Shown: positions 52,452 to 64,000 of the stretch, in pieces
Numbering within the stretch: position 1 is the first letter of the stretch
Layout: each line of letters opens with the position of its first letter
DNA from: Lama guanicoe
Lineage: Eukaryota
DNA: 64,000 nucleotides
Assembly (NCBI GenBank): GCA_013239625.1
Contig: MU053304.1
Span: forward strand, 1,116,001 to 1,180,000
Reading direction: 5' to 3'
The notes under the pieces: generated by a model
Database searches by the model: none
Told to the model about the DNA's origin: nothing
Seen by the model: only the letters and a program-made list of their open reading frames with translations
Position numbers and translations under genes: made by a program

Positions 52452-53734
52452 ATTTTTTTATTTTTTTATTTTATTTTTTTTAACATTTTTATTGATTCAT
52501 AATCATTTTACAGTGTTGTGTCAAATTCCAGTGTTCAGTACAATTTTTCAGTCATACATGGACATATACACTCATTGTCACATTTTTTTTTCTGTGATTT
52601 ATCATAACATTTTGTGTATATTTCCCTGTGCTATACAGTGCAATCTTGTTTATCTGTTCTACAATTTNNNNNNNNNNNNNNNNNNNNNNNNNNNNNNNNN
52701 NNNNNNNNNNNNNNNNNNNNNNNNNNNNNNNNNNNNNNNNNNNNNNNNNNNNNNNNNNNNNNNNNNNNNNNNNNNNNNNNNNNNNNNNNNNNNNNNNNNN
52801 NNNNNNNNNNNNNNNNNNNNNNNNNNNNNNNNNNNNNNNNNNNNNNNNNNNNNNNNNNNNNNNNNNNNNNNNNNNNNNNNNNNNNNNNNNNNNNNNNNNN
52901 NNNNNNNNNNNNNNNNNNNNNNNNNNNNNNNNNNNNNNNNNNNNNNNNNNNNNNNNNNNNNNNNNNNNNNNNNNNNNNNNNNNNNNNNNNNNNNNNNNNN
53001 NNNNNNNNNNNNNNNNNNNNNNNNNNNNNNNNNNNNNNNNNNNNNNNNNNNNNNNNNNNNNNNNNNNNNNNNNNNNNNNNNNNNNNNNNNNNNNNNNNNN
53101 NNNNNNNNNNNNNNNNNNNNNNNNNNNNNNNNNNNNNNNNNNNNNNNNNNNNNNNNNNNNNNNNNNNNNNNNNNNNNNNNNNNNNNNNNNNNNNNNNNNN
53201 NNNNNNNNNNNNNNNNNNNNNNNNNNNNNNNNNNNNNNNNNNNNNNNNNNNNNNNNNNNNNNNNNNNNNNNNNNNNNNNNNNNNNNNNNNNNNNNNNNNN
53301 NNNNNNNNNNNNNNNNNNNNNNNNNNNNNNNNNNNNNNNNNNNNNNNNNNNNTCTGGTTTCCTTTGCTCTGCAGAAGCTTGTAAGTTTCATTAGGTCCCA
53401 TTTGTTTATTCTTGCTTTTATTTCTTCTAGGAGAAAATTTTTGAAATGTATGTCAGATAATGTTTTGCCTATGTTTTCCTCTAGGAGGTTTATTGTATCT
53501 TGTCTTATGTTTAAGTCTTTAATCCATTTTGAGTTGATTTTTGTATATGGTGTAAGGGTGTGTTCTAGCTTCATTGTTTTACATGCTGCTGTCCAGTTTT
53601 CCCAACACCATTTACTGAAGAGACTGTCTTTATTCCATTGTATATTCTTGCCTCCTTTGTCGAAGATGAGTTGACCAAAAGTTTGTGGGTTCATTTCCGG
53701 GCTCTCTATTCTGTTCCATTGGTCTATATGTCTG
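52452..53734 (-). mobile_element. Young 5'-truncated camelid L1 (L1_Vpa-like) spanning the assembly gap
   Basis: Open ORF2 segment [61 protein letters not shown]; long A tail; TSD tttatttcacttttttt at 52435-52451 and 53735-53751. Confidence 0.92.
52668..53351. other. Assembly gap (684 N)
   Basis: Run of N. Confidence 1.
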
Positions 53735-54984
53735 TTTATTTCACTTTTTTTAAAGCTGTTATTAGGTACATAAACATTTAGGACTGTTATGTCCCTTGGA
53801 TTAACTGACCCCTATTTTATCATGAAATGACTTTATCCATGATAATATTCTTTGCTCTGAAATCTATTCTTGTCTGATATTAATAGAGCCACTCCAGTTT
53901 TCTTCTGACAAGTGTTAATTAAAATGGTCTTTCTCCATCCTTATACACTGTGGTGAAAGGCTGAGTCATTTACCTCTGAGATCAAGAATACAACAGGGAC
54001 AGCCACAATTGTAACCTAATTGTGTTACTGTCTTTGAAGTACATTTCTTGTAAGCACATACAGTTAGAGGACTTTTTCATCCAACAGGACAATCTCTGCC
54101 TTTTAATCGGGGTTTTCAGACATTTATACTTAATGTTATTATTAATATGGTACTTTAAGCCTATCATCTTGCTGCTTGTTTTCCATTTGGTCCATTTGTT
54201 CTTTAATCCTATTTTTTCTTCTTTTTCTGCCTTCTTTTGGTTTAATCAAATATTTTTAGTGACTGTCTTATATTCTCCCTTGGTATCTCATCTTTTTTTT
54301 AGACCGTAGTACAGATCTGTACTTTTATCCATATTGCAGTTTATTAATTATAATCATATCCTTCCTCCAACCCCTACCCCACCACCCCCAGCTAACTGAT
54401 CCTTCTTTTGCACCTGATTTAGTCACCTGTAGAGCCTTCTATCCTTCTCCAATTTTTGTCTTTCACAAATTCTGTTAATTAAGCCCTTTAATTCTCCTCA
54501 TATAAATCAATGATAACAAATACTATTGAAAGTTTAGAACTGGGGACAGTATCCTGCAACAGATACCAAAATCCTGCCTAGGTGCTCAGTTACCCACTAA
54601 TCAGATCCACTAGGTATAATTATTCATCCAATCATGAAAAATGTCCACTGAATATCCCAAACTACAGGGGAAGATAATTAATGAACACAAAATTATATGG
54701 AAGATACTAGGACCAACAGGGTAGATCTCTTGAGAAGGGTTATTAAACTATTTTTGTGGGTGGTATCACTAAAAGGGAATGTGATACTTGGCCACCATCA
54801 TAAAATTCAGAAGATACTTGGCTGTGATACTTTCTTATTGATCATAAACTCAATATACAAATTGTTACAACACTCTTAGTAATACACTTCATCCTATTCA
54901 GTAAAAATTAAGGGTTTAGAAGAGTTATAAGGTGCCAGTGTTTTCATGTTAACTCTGTATTCCATTTTCAGTAAACTCAATAAC

Positions 54985-55900
54985 AAATAGTTACTGAGTT
55001 GTTTTTGGAGGGCTTATGTTCTAACAGAGGGAAGAAACAATAAACAAACCTCATTAAGTATATCAAAGATGTTAAGTGATACAATGGAAAACAGAGCAAG
55101 ATTAGGGGGAACAGACATGCCGGGGGCAAGGCTGCATTTCAAGTATCAGGCTGGGTGAAAAGGGACACGTGAGTAAAGACCTGAAGGCAATAAGGGAGTA
55201 AGCCAAGCAGAGAGTTGGGGGAAGAACATCCTAGGCAAAGGGAACAGCCCAATGCAAAGGCCTTAAGGCAGGAGTGAGACCAGAGTGCATGAGAAAAGGA
55301 CGCCAACGCGGGGGGAATATTAGCAGAAGGGACCACTGAGGTCATGGGCCTGACTGGCCAGGAGAAGGGTGGACATTTACTTTTCTGTAAAAGCATCAGA
55401 CAGTAAATATTTTAAGCTTTATAGGCCACATAAAGTCTGTTGTATATTCATATTTTTAAACCAACCCTTTAGAAATGTAAAAACTATTCTTAGCTTACAA
55501 GCCTTACAAAAACAGGCGTAGGCAGGATTTGACCTGTAGAACTTAGTTCAGCCCTTGTAAGGACTTTGACTTTTACTCTAAGGGAAATATTATTTGACTC
55601 ATGTTTTGAAAGAATCACTATGGTTGTGGAGAGGCAAGAGAGATGAGTTAGAAGAACACTGGAGTAATCCAGAGCAAGGATAATGGTAGCTCAGCCGAGG
55701 GTGGTAACTAGGAAAACGGGGTGAAGTGGTTATTAGATTCTGGCTTTTTAACACCCCCACCCCAATAAAGTGGATGGATTTGCTCATGAATTGGATTTGG
55801 GAAGTATGAAAGGAGTCATGGATGACTCAAAACTTTTGGCCTGAAGAACTGGAAGGATGGAGTTTCATTAACCATGACCGGGAAGACTACGAATGGATGT
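54985..55900 (-). mobile_element. L2 remnant with a nested MER58-like element (about 55375-55560)
   Basis: gagtaaagacctgaagg...gggaagaacatcctaggcaaagggaacagc...caaaggccttaaggcagg; the insert reads ttttctgtaaa...cagacagtaaatattttaagcttt. Confidence 0.75.
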
Positions 55901-55959
55901 GTGAAATGCATGTTTTGTTCCAAAACAAAATAGAATTCATATTCCTTAAATTGTAGCAC

Positions 55960-56560
55960 AACTTTGTAGCTATTTTGTTTATTCTTCTAGGACTTCAGAA
56001 TCATTTCTTGTCAAGGTATAAAAAACTCCTGCTGTGATTTGAATAGAACTGCTTTAAGCTTAAAAATTAATTTGATAAGAAATGGCATCTTAACTATATT
56101 CCATCCAATAACATGGAGCAAGTATTTTTTTTGTACCTCTGATAAGTTTTTACAGTTTTCTTTATATAGGTTCGACATACTTCCTGATGAAAGTATTCCC
56201 AAACACCTTACTTTTGTTCTTGTTGTAAAGTAAACAAAATACTTTTAAAAAATTACAATTTTTAGATAGTTTTGATTAGTATTTAGGGAAGCTATGAATT
56301 TTGTATTTAGCTGCCCTAGTGAACTCTCATTTTCACACTGAGTCTCTTGTTTTTTGTAAAGATATATTAATATCTTAACACTGAAATTTCCCCTCTTTAT
56401 TGGAAATAGCTGTGTTTTTTTATTTCTAAACCACTTCTTCATGAATTGGCTAGAATTTTCAGAACAATGCTAAATAACAAGTTATAGCAAGCAACCTGGT
56501 TTTAATGGGACTACCTTCAAGTTTTCAGTCTTAAGTATGATGTCAAAGTTGTTTTTCATG
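55960..56560 (-). mobile_element. Ancient L1 ORF2 fragment
   Basis: ORF 56011-56202 (LYKENCKNL...IGWNIVKMPFLIKLIFKLKAV) resembles the L1 ORF2 segment after the RT domain. Confidence 0.7.
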
Positions 56561-56849
56561 GTTTTTAATTTAATGGTTAGATTTTCATCTTTCCAATGTT
56601 TTCAAGTCTCAGTTCTCTGTTTACCATCTGTATTAGTGCTATTTCTGTTTGAATCTTGATAAAAGTAAAATCAGAAAGTCCAGGATTTTCCTCCCTATTC
56701 CTCACCTATTTCAGAATAAGTAATTTGCATGGACTGCTCTCTTCAGAGGTGTCCCCTTCCTTTGAAATAAAATTTATTTTTCATAAACTCAACTATTTTT
56801 CTTTGCTCTGTTTATCCTAATAGCAAGAGGTCTATTCTTGCTTAGGGTT

Positions 56850-57885
56850 AGAACAGGAATTCTCACCTCTGTTTCAAGGGGTCTATGAGGTCAAAACTGT
56901 TTTCATATCAATGCCAACACATAATGTGCCTTTTTCCACTGTTGCCATCTGCGCTGGTGTTGACTCATAGCCCAAGTCAAGGCAGTGACAACGAACTATA
57001 CTAGACTAGCTATCACTGTAGTCTTCATCATCATGCACTCAGTTAACAAAAAAAGGCCAGTTTCACTTAAAAATGTCATGAGGAAGCAGAAAAAATTTCA
57101 TTTTATTAAATTTTGACCTTTGAGTATACGTACATCCTTTTAACATTTGGTGTGATAAATGGGAAGAATGCATAAGGCACCTTTTGCCCCTTACTGAAGT
57201 ACAGTTGCTTATCTTAAGGAAAAGTACTTGGGTAATAATGTTTGAGCTATGAGCCGAACAAGCTGTTTTCTTTATGGAGTATCACTTTTCCTTGAACGAA
57301 AAACTGACAAATTATTCAGGCTTGTATATTTGGCAGACATTTTCTCAAAAATAAACAGAGTGAAGCTGTCACTTTAATTAGGGAAAACAACCAACAGTAT
57401 TTGTTGCCAAATTTGAATTTTGAAATTTGAATACACCATAAATAAGTCTGACCACTTCCCAAAACATACTTTTCTGATGAGATCACAGTGGTGATATTTT
57501 AAAATGTGATTTTTTTTATATTTAATAATGTGTCAACATTTGGAAGATGTGTAAGTCAGTGATTCAGTACTTTTTAAATGACCAGTGCATGTTACAAAGT
57601 CATGCATGAATAAAGGATCTTTTCAAAGTGCAGAGTATGAAAAGTTCATTTACATAGTTTCAGTCTATTATAACCAAGAAACTATCAACTGTCAAATTGC
57701 AATGTGATATCAAAAAATATTCAAAATTATCTGAAAGGCTATTAAACTACTTTTCCCTTTTCCAATTATATATTTGTATGAGGCCAGATTTTCTTTATAT
57801 ACTTCAACCAAAATAATGTAACAGCAGACTGAATGCAAACAAAGATATGAGAACCCAGTTATCTTCTGTTAAACCAGACATCTTT
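56850..57885 (+). mobile_element. Charlie1-like hAT DNA transposon remnant
   Basis: gggtctatgaggtcaaaactgttttcata...; degenerate transposase peptide RLVYLADIFSKINRVKLSL near 57318-57375; tttgtatgaggccagattttct. Confidence 0.75.
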
Positions 57886-59227
57886 AAAATGAGTTAGTTT
57901 TATCATATCATTAACATTTATCCACATTTCTTAGTGTAAGTATGCAAGAAATTATCTAGAATTTTCATGGAATATCTAAAGTAAAGTTGAATAATAGAAA
58001 ATTTTATTAATTGTAGATTGCTTTCAATGACAGAAAAATATACTAATTAAATAGCCTATACTTACAAATCTTAATCCCATGAATGTGAACTTCTTTTCCT
58101 TATAAGAACACAGGCAAACCACAGAGTCTCAGATTTTTAAAAAATGGTAAAAGCTAATCAGTTTAATCAACTCAAAACCGAAAACAACCACCTAAAATAA
58201 AAGATAGGGTGGAAGATGTTGCTCCAAACAAACATTCATTCAATGAATCATCAGGCATCCAGCCCATGGGAATCAGGTACTGTGGAAGGCACAGGTGGGC
58301 CAGAAATGACACATGGGTTAAAGAGCTCGAGGTCTAGTAAGGAAGAAAATACAACCCAAATAAAATCATGTTGAAGATGGCAGCAGTCTTGGCATTTACA
58401 AAGGAAGAACCAAATGGTAGAGACTTGTTTTAGGGGTCAAGGGTAAGGCCAGGAGATGGAGCATTCTGGGAAGCCACCTGGAGTAAAGAAATGAATAGGG
58501 TGGTTCTGAAAGGTGAACTGGGGCTGAGGTGAAAATGGAACAGGAGAAAACAAGACAAAGGCAGTATAGCTGATTATTTGCTTTAATTGCTTTCAATGAA
58601 CAGAGGTAAGCTGAGACTGTTAAAGCATACAGAATAAGGAAGAAAGGGGTTCAAATTCACCCAGAGAAGCACAGATCAGGTCACGGAGGGTCTTGTGTGC
58701 CCCTTGAGAAGGCTGCACTGAAGATTTAAAGCAGGGGAGATATTTCAGAAAGAGTACCAAGGAGGCTACAGCTAAGGTCCATAAGAAGGGTCATTAGGAT
58801 TTTCATCAAGTAGGAATGGAAACTGAGATCAACCCATAAACCCCTTAGTAAGTAGGGGTTCATACTGTTTATTGAAAGATGATGTTTTAGATAGCAGGGA
58901 GACAGACTGGGATGAAAGTCAGGTTTTGGACTGTGGTGCCTGGGTAGAGGGAGATACTCATCATGGATACAGGGAACACAAAAAGAAACCAGGAAAGTAT
59001 CTCCCCAGGAGGACTACTGTGCAAACACTGATTCCAGGAATCAGATAAACCACTTCAACAATGAAAAAAAATTGAAATTTAAATAAAATTGAAAACCTCT
59101 AATGAAAAATGGAGGAAAATAGTTAGAAATATATTCTTAGATGGTAGTACCACAGAAAACACATGGTGTTTAAGCCGCAGCAAATGCCACTTTAGGACTA
59201 TATTTTTAAAACCCTAAATATAGATAT

Positions 59228-59420
59228 AACTCCTATATATATAATAGATGAACAGGTTTCTACTGTATAGCACAAGGAATTATATTCAATATCTTGTGGT
59301 AATCTATAATGAAAAAGAATATGAAAACAGAATATATGTATGTATATGTATGTCTGAAACACTATGCTGTACACCAGAGATTGACACATTGTAAACAGAC
59401 TATAAGTCAATAAAAATAAA
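59228..59420 (+). mobile_element. Short camelid-type L1 3' end about 100 bp from the exon 2 donor
   Basis: ctactgtatagcacaaggaattatattcaatatcttgt...tgctgtacaccagagattgacacattgtaaacagactataagtcaataaaaa. Confidence 0.85.
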
Positions 59421-59522
59421 CCCAAATTGGGATTTACTGATTTTTAGAAATCACCTCATAATTTGTCTTATATTTGCTCCTAATCAAAATATTGAAAATA
59501 TAAGATGAAGCCAAATACATAC

Positions 59523-59636
59523 CTTTTCTGCTTTTTTGTCAGAAATGTCTTGCTTTTCCAGCACAGCCATGCTTTCCTTCAGGTTCTTCACGATGTCTGC
59601 AGGAGACTTGTGAGACTTCCCGAAGGGGAACGGCAT
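59523..59636 (-). CDS. CAB39: CAB39/MO25-alpha first coding exon (exon 2), aa 1-38
   Basis: Translates [38 protein letters not shown]. Kozak context GCCGCCATG; donor AAG|GTATGT at 59522; acceptor ccccag| at 59679, giving 42 nt of 5'UTR (59637-59678). Confidence 0.98.
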
Positions 59637-62600
59637 GGCGGCAGCGACAGGCGCCTCACTGCGCTCTGCCTGCTTCACCTGGGGACACAGCACAAGGAAC
59701 AAGTGAGGAAAAGTGAGGCTGACAGAAGACATGCTTTCTAAATCCCCCTCTGAAAAGAAAACTAGTGTTTGAGAAAGTTATTTTATATGACTTGCAAAAT
59801 CAGTACTAGGAAACAAATAAATATATGAGAAATGATAATACAAAAATATCTTAGAATTACAGAACACTTTGTACTTTCCAAATCACAGTTTTAATCCCCT
59901 GCTTTCCTAACCATCCATTTAAGGAGGAACATGATGGTGCTGATGATGGAGGGGCAACTAGTACTGCCTGGTCCCCGCTAAGCAATTTAACCCACCATCT
60001 ATGGGATCCTTTCAAACAGTTCCCACACGGACACTGTATCACTCCCATTTACAGGCGAAGTTGAACATGGTTAAGAAACTGGCTCAAGGTACTAAGGGGG
60101 AAAACCAGCTCAGGTCTGTCTTGATGCAAAATATCCTTAATCACCACACTATACCTACGATTAATAGACACCTCTATTGTACAGTTGAGGAAACTGAAGT
60201 AAAAAGTTAGGTAAGGAACTTAGCCAAAAAGCACTAGCAACAGGCCCTCTCCCTGTCTCTCCAGAGGAGGCCTTTTCCTGTGTTCATGCTGCTTCCTCCC
60301 AATCACTCCGGTGGGCACACCCATCCTCCTCTTCAGTCAGTCCTATGGTCTCAGGGCTGGAGAGAACCTTGGACAGAGCCTTGGACAAATCTCTCATCAG
60401 ATCCCCAAATCCTTTAAGTGACGGTGTACTTTTACTGCCTGGATACAACTATCTCTTATGAAGGAACTCACGGGATAAAACTCTGGGGATAATGAAATTC
60501 TGGAAGTTCTCGATTTTTTTGTGGGCAGCAGAAAACAACACTTCAACCACATAAACCACAATATTACATCATCCAGAAAGAGGACATCAACTATTCCAAG
60601 AAGTCACAATGAAAAACAAAGTTAACAGGATAAACAATGGAAGTAACTTAGGAACATGTTGGAAGTTACAATTTCTTTCACTAAATAAACTAAAAGAAGT
60701 TATACCCACAGGCATTAAACAACCTCATACGAGATACCAAAAGATAACACTTTTGAGAAGAACCTTACAGTTTGCTTAGATCAGCGGTTTTAAAACTGTG
60801 AGTTTGAAACTCCTATATTTAACTGCCCCTGGCACCCACTGCCCACTTCTGCCAAGTGGGAAGAGGTGGGTCTTGGCTATCTTAACCCTATTGTTTTCCC
60901 CGTCAACATATCTCTGCTGCATAGCATCACAGTAACGCTTCTTCTGACCTCTGCCTAAGACTTCATTTGAAGAAAGTACTGGAATGTTTTTTCTCTAAAG
61001 TTTGAGATATAGTGATCTGCATATCTGTTTACAAATAAACCTTTAGGGAAAACAACATGCAAATGAACGCCAGTGTTAAGTCTACAATTAAATCATGAAC
61101 AGGTATGTTATTTCTAGACAATGCTTTGATATGATCTATTCTGACAATCTCTATATCAAGATATCATCTATATAGTTCACCTTATCTCAGCTTGCAAATC
61201 CCTTTTCAATCACATTAAAACCGCATCTTCATTAACCAACGGGAAATGTCCTCAAACACAGGTTCTCAAAATTCTAAATATCTTTTCTATGACAAGAGGT
61301 TTGGATCAACTACAGGTAAGTTATTCCCAAGTGGCTGTTACATTCTCTCTCTGATTACTTGGCTAAATGGGACCCAAATCCCGAATCATTCTTTTCCATT
61401 ACTTTTTTCTTTTCAATGTTTTTTTTTTGGAGGAGGGGTGGGGGGCAATGCAGGTTGCTTCTCCATAAACACAGTGGATTCACACTCACAACAGATCCTA
61501 TGCAGATATAATCTTCCCTATCTGTACTCCACAAATAATGGCAGTGATGCTACAAATCAACGCTGGGTGGAGGGTGGGACTGTTTCATGGTATTTTGCAG
61601 GAAGTGTTAGGGTGCTATGCAACAGAGATATTTTCAGCTCTGGCTCAATGGTGGAAGAAGTGACTTTTCAGGGCAAAAGGGGTCTTAAAAAGTCCTACCA
61701 CATACTAAATGTTGGTCACAGCAGAAGGAGTACAGCTGCTGAAGACAACATATGTATAAAATGCTTTTGTGAGGGAAAGGGGAAGCATGACACAATCATT
61801 CCTCCTAATTAATACCCTGGGCAGCCAGGATTTTGCAGAACTTACAAATTAGGAAGACTGCACTTTGAGGAAATACAATTAGGAACAAGTATCCCAAACA
61901 AGCAGTGGACACTCCTCAGCAGGCTCCAATCCAGCCATGGTGGTGAGGCTGTTCCTGGCATGCTTTTATTTTCTCTCCCCCTCCCTCCCTCTCTTGTATA
62001 CACACTTTATTCTGATTTATTGCTTTAAAAATACATTTAATTATAACTACTAAGTAAAGGAATAAATAAGAAGTGTATAACTTTATTATCAAATATATAA
62101 ATAAAAACTATATCACACAGCTCTTAAAGTATGAGTGCAGCAATTAAACAAATCCTTTTATTTCTTTCATTTACTCCTCAGGTTCACCAATTCTTATGCT
62201 TGAGGGGCAAAAACAAAGAAATAAAACCCCTTAAAACTCCTGCATTGGAAACTTCTTATGTCTAAATTTGCTTTGTATTAAGCTTACATATCTTATACTA
62301 ATGTATGCTACTCAGTGATCCAACTTCTTAAGTAATTAACTGAAAACCTAGGAAAGGTTAAAATTCATGAATGGCTCCTAACTGGTAACCAAGCAGGTTG
62401 ACAACACATGTCCCTAGAACACTGCTAAAAGGCTAAGAAGCATAATGCTTTAAGAAATAGTTTTTAATAAATGTTAGATTAATATGCATAGAGCAACTAA
62501 GTATTTATTGTGTTACTGACTTTACAATGCATATACTAAAGAAAACAAAAGCAGCTACTGAGACAAATGTTACAGGTTAATAGTGAAATCATGGATGTGT

Positions 62601-64000
62601 CCTTAAGTACGTTCATTAAAGACACGGAGAAAGATACCAAAATAACCAGTCAAAAGAGGCGGTACCTCTAGGGAGCAGGAAAAGTGTGGAGGACTGGTAT
62701 TTTCACTTACAAACCCATTTTGTAACTATTTGTCTCCTTCGATTTCACATGTATAATTTCAATAAACATAAAAACTAAGTTTAAGGAAATCAATGGATAA
62801 TATAAAACAATCTATCGTTAACACATAAAAAGTATTCTTTATACTACTCATAAAACATTTGAATGGAAGGCTGAATGACAGAGAAAAGTAAGGCTGCCAA
62901 TTTACTAATCTTGAAAATCAGATAGAGCCAATAGGACCAGCAGTGTTTTTCAAACTTTGATCATGATCTGTAAGAAAACTATTTAAAATGTTACACATGT
63001 GTACTTGCACAACACACACACACACACAGCCAAAACTGATATTTTCTATTTTATTCAATTATATGTTTTTTAAAAAAAGTTGGTGACTAAACTAGTTTTC
63101 CTGAATCACTAATTGATTTTTGTGATAGACAATAAAGAGGAACATGAAAATCTGGAACCAAATACAAACAGTTTAAGAGTTGAGCATGAAGCTTCAGTCT
63201 CCTTACTTCAGTCCTTACAAGCAACAGAGGTTAATCCCTTCACAGAACAACTCATGACCTTCCAACAAGGCTCAAATGACAGCAAAGGCACCACTGAGAG
63301 TGGACTCTTCAGCTCACAATGCTTCCTCCTAGAAGTGGAGATGGTACCTTCACAGGGGGCTGGTCCACCATCAAGCAGACTATTCACAAGGCTCTGTATC
63401 CTTGAAGGACATGAAACACACAGGGACATGCCTGAGTTTTGGAACTGACAATCCCAAGAGTATGCAGATGCCCAAGCTGGAAGTAACAACAATTAAGCAA
63501 GGTTAAGATAGTTAAAAGACACCTTTTACCGTAACCATCTGCTTGCCTCTCATTTCCACTTTCCCCCCTTTATCATAAGCATTTGAAAGACTTTTAGGGA
63601 ACAATAACAAGAATCCACTGACCAAGGCTCTTCAGTAACTTTTCACTGCCCTTATGATAAAATCCAAATTCTTTACCACAGCGTTCGAGGCTTTACCCAT
63701 CCCCAACTCAGCAGCACAGCCCTCTGGCCTCTATTACAGAGGTCCAACCACACTGAGGTCTTTTCTGTTCATTAATATGGCAACTATCTCACACATGCAA
63801 ATATTGCAAAAATCTTAATTTTTAGATCTAGATGGATATATGGATTTTCATTTTTACTCAATTTTCTGTATGTTTAAGTGTTTTCTTAAACTATGTTTTT
63901 CCTAAACTGTATTTTAGACAGAACTGGAGTTCATGAAGGAAATGGACAAAAATACATATTATAATTTAAATAATTAATTTAGTTTTCAAATACCTACTTC

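Larger units (their letters stand above)
49340..54300 (-). mobile_element. Long degenerate L1M (ORF2 plus 3'UTR) hosting a younger L1
   Basis: Continuous antisense L1 ORF2 text; ORF 53982-54167 reads LKTPIKRQRLSCWMKKSSNCMCLQEMYFK (EN domain). Confidence 0.85.

Noticed and set aside
52426..53694. ORFs of 256-380 aa in the track
   Set aside because: Artefacts of translating through the N gap; only the L1 ORF2 fragment is real.
61246..61812. 188-aa + strand ORF in intron 1
   Set aside because: No recognisable homology, and it crosses T and G homopolymer runs; likely chance.
63113..63492. Overlapping 111-aa and 94-aa ORFs with coding-like composition
   Set aside because: No family recognised and no poly(A)/TSD signature of a retrocopy; a blastx search would settle it.
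1..64000. CRISPR arrays, prokaryotic operons, rRNA, snoRNA or other structured ncRNA genes
   Set aside because: None seen; the sequence is a typical mammalian intron-rich locus with no regularly spaced repeats.

Overview
Mammalian genomic DNA, very probably camelid (a tRNA-derived Vic-1/SINE_Vpa-type SINE at about 44.7 kb and camelid-type L1 3' ends). The window holds the complete coding region of CAB39 (MO25-alpha, scaffold of the LKB1-STRAD complex) on the minus strand. Eight GT-AG coding exons (59636 to 13747) total 1026 nt, or 341 aa plus stop, followed by a 3'UTR of about 2.4 kb ending near 11385. The non-coding exon 1 and promoter should lie beyond the right edge. The introns are largely L1, L2, CR1, MIR and hAT remnants, with one 684-N assembly gap inside a young L1. 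The least explained items are: (i) an orphan CpG island 0.6-1.4 kb past the CAB39 poly(A) site, with a full promoter motif set and outward-facing splice donors on both strands; (ii) a heavily diverged, intronless cTAGE5/MIA2-family retrocopy at 1-1420, split by an L1 insertion with a clean TSD and seen only as fragments in the ORF track; (iii) a motif cluster in intron 5 (CTCF consensus, compound microsatellite, GC boxes); (iv) a 19-bp intronic hairpin. I see no convincing evidence of a wholly new biological system. Protein, miRNA and repeat family names come from recalled sequences, not database searches, and repeat boundaries are approximate.
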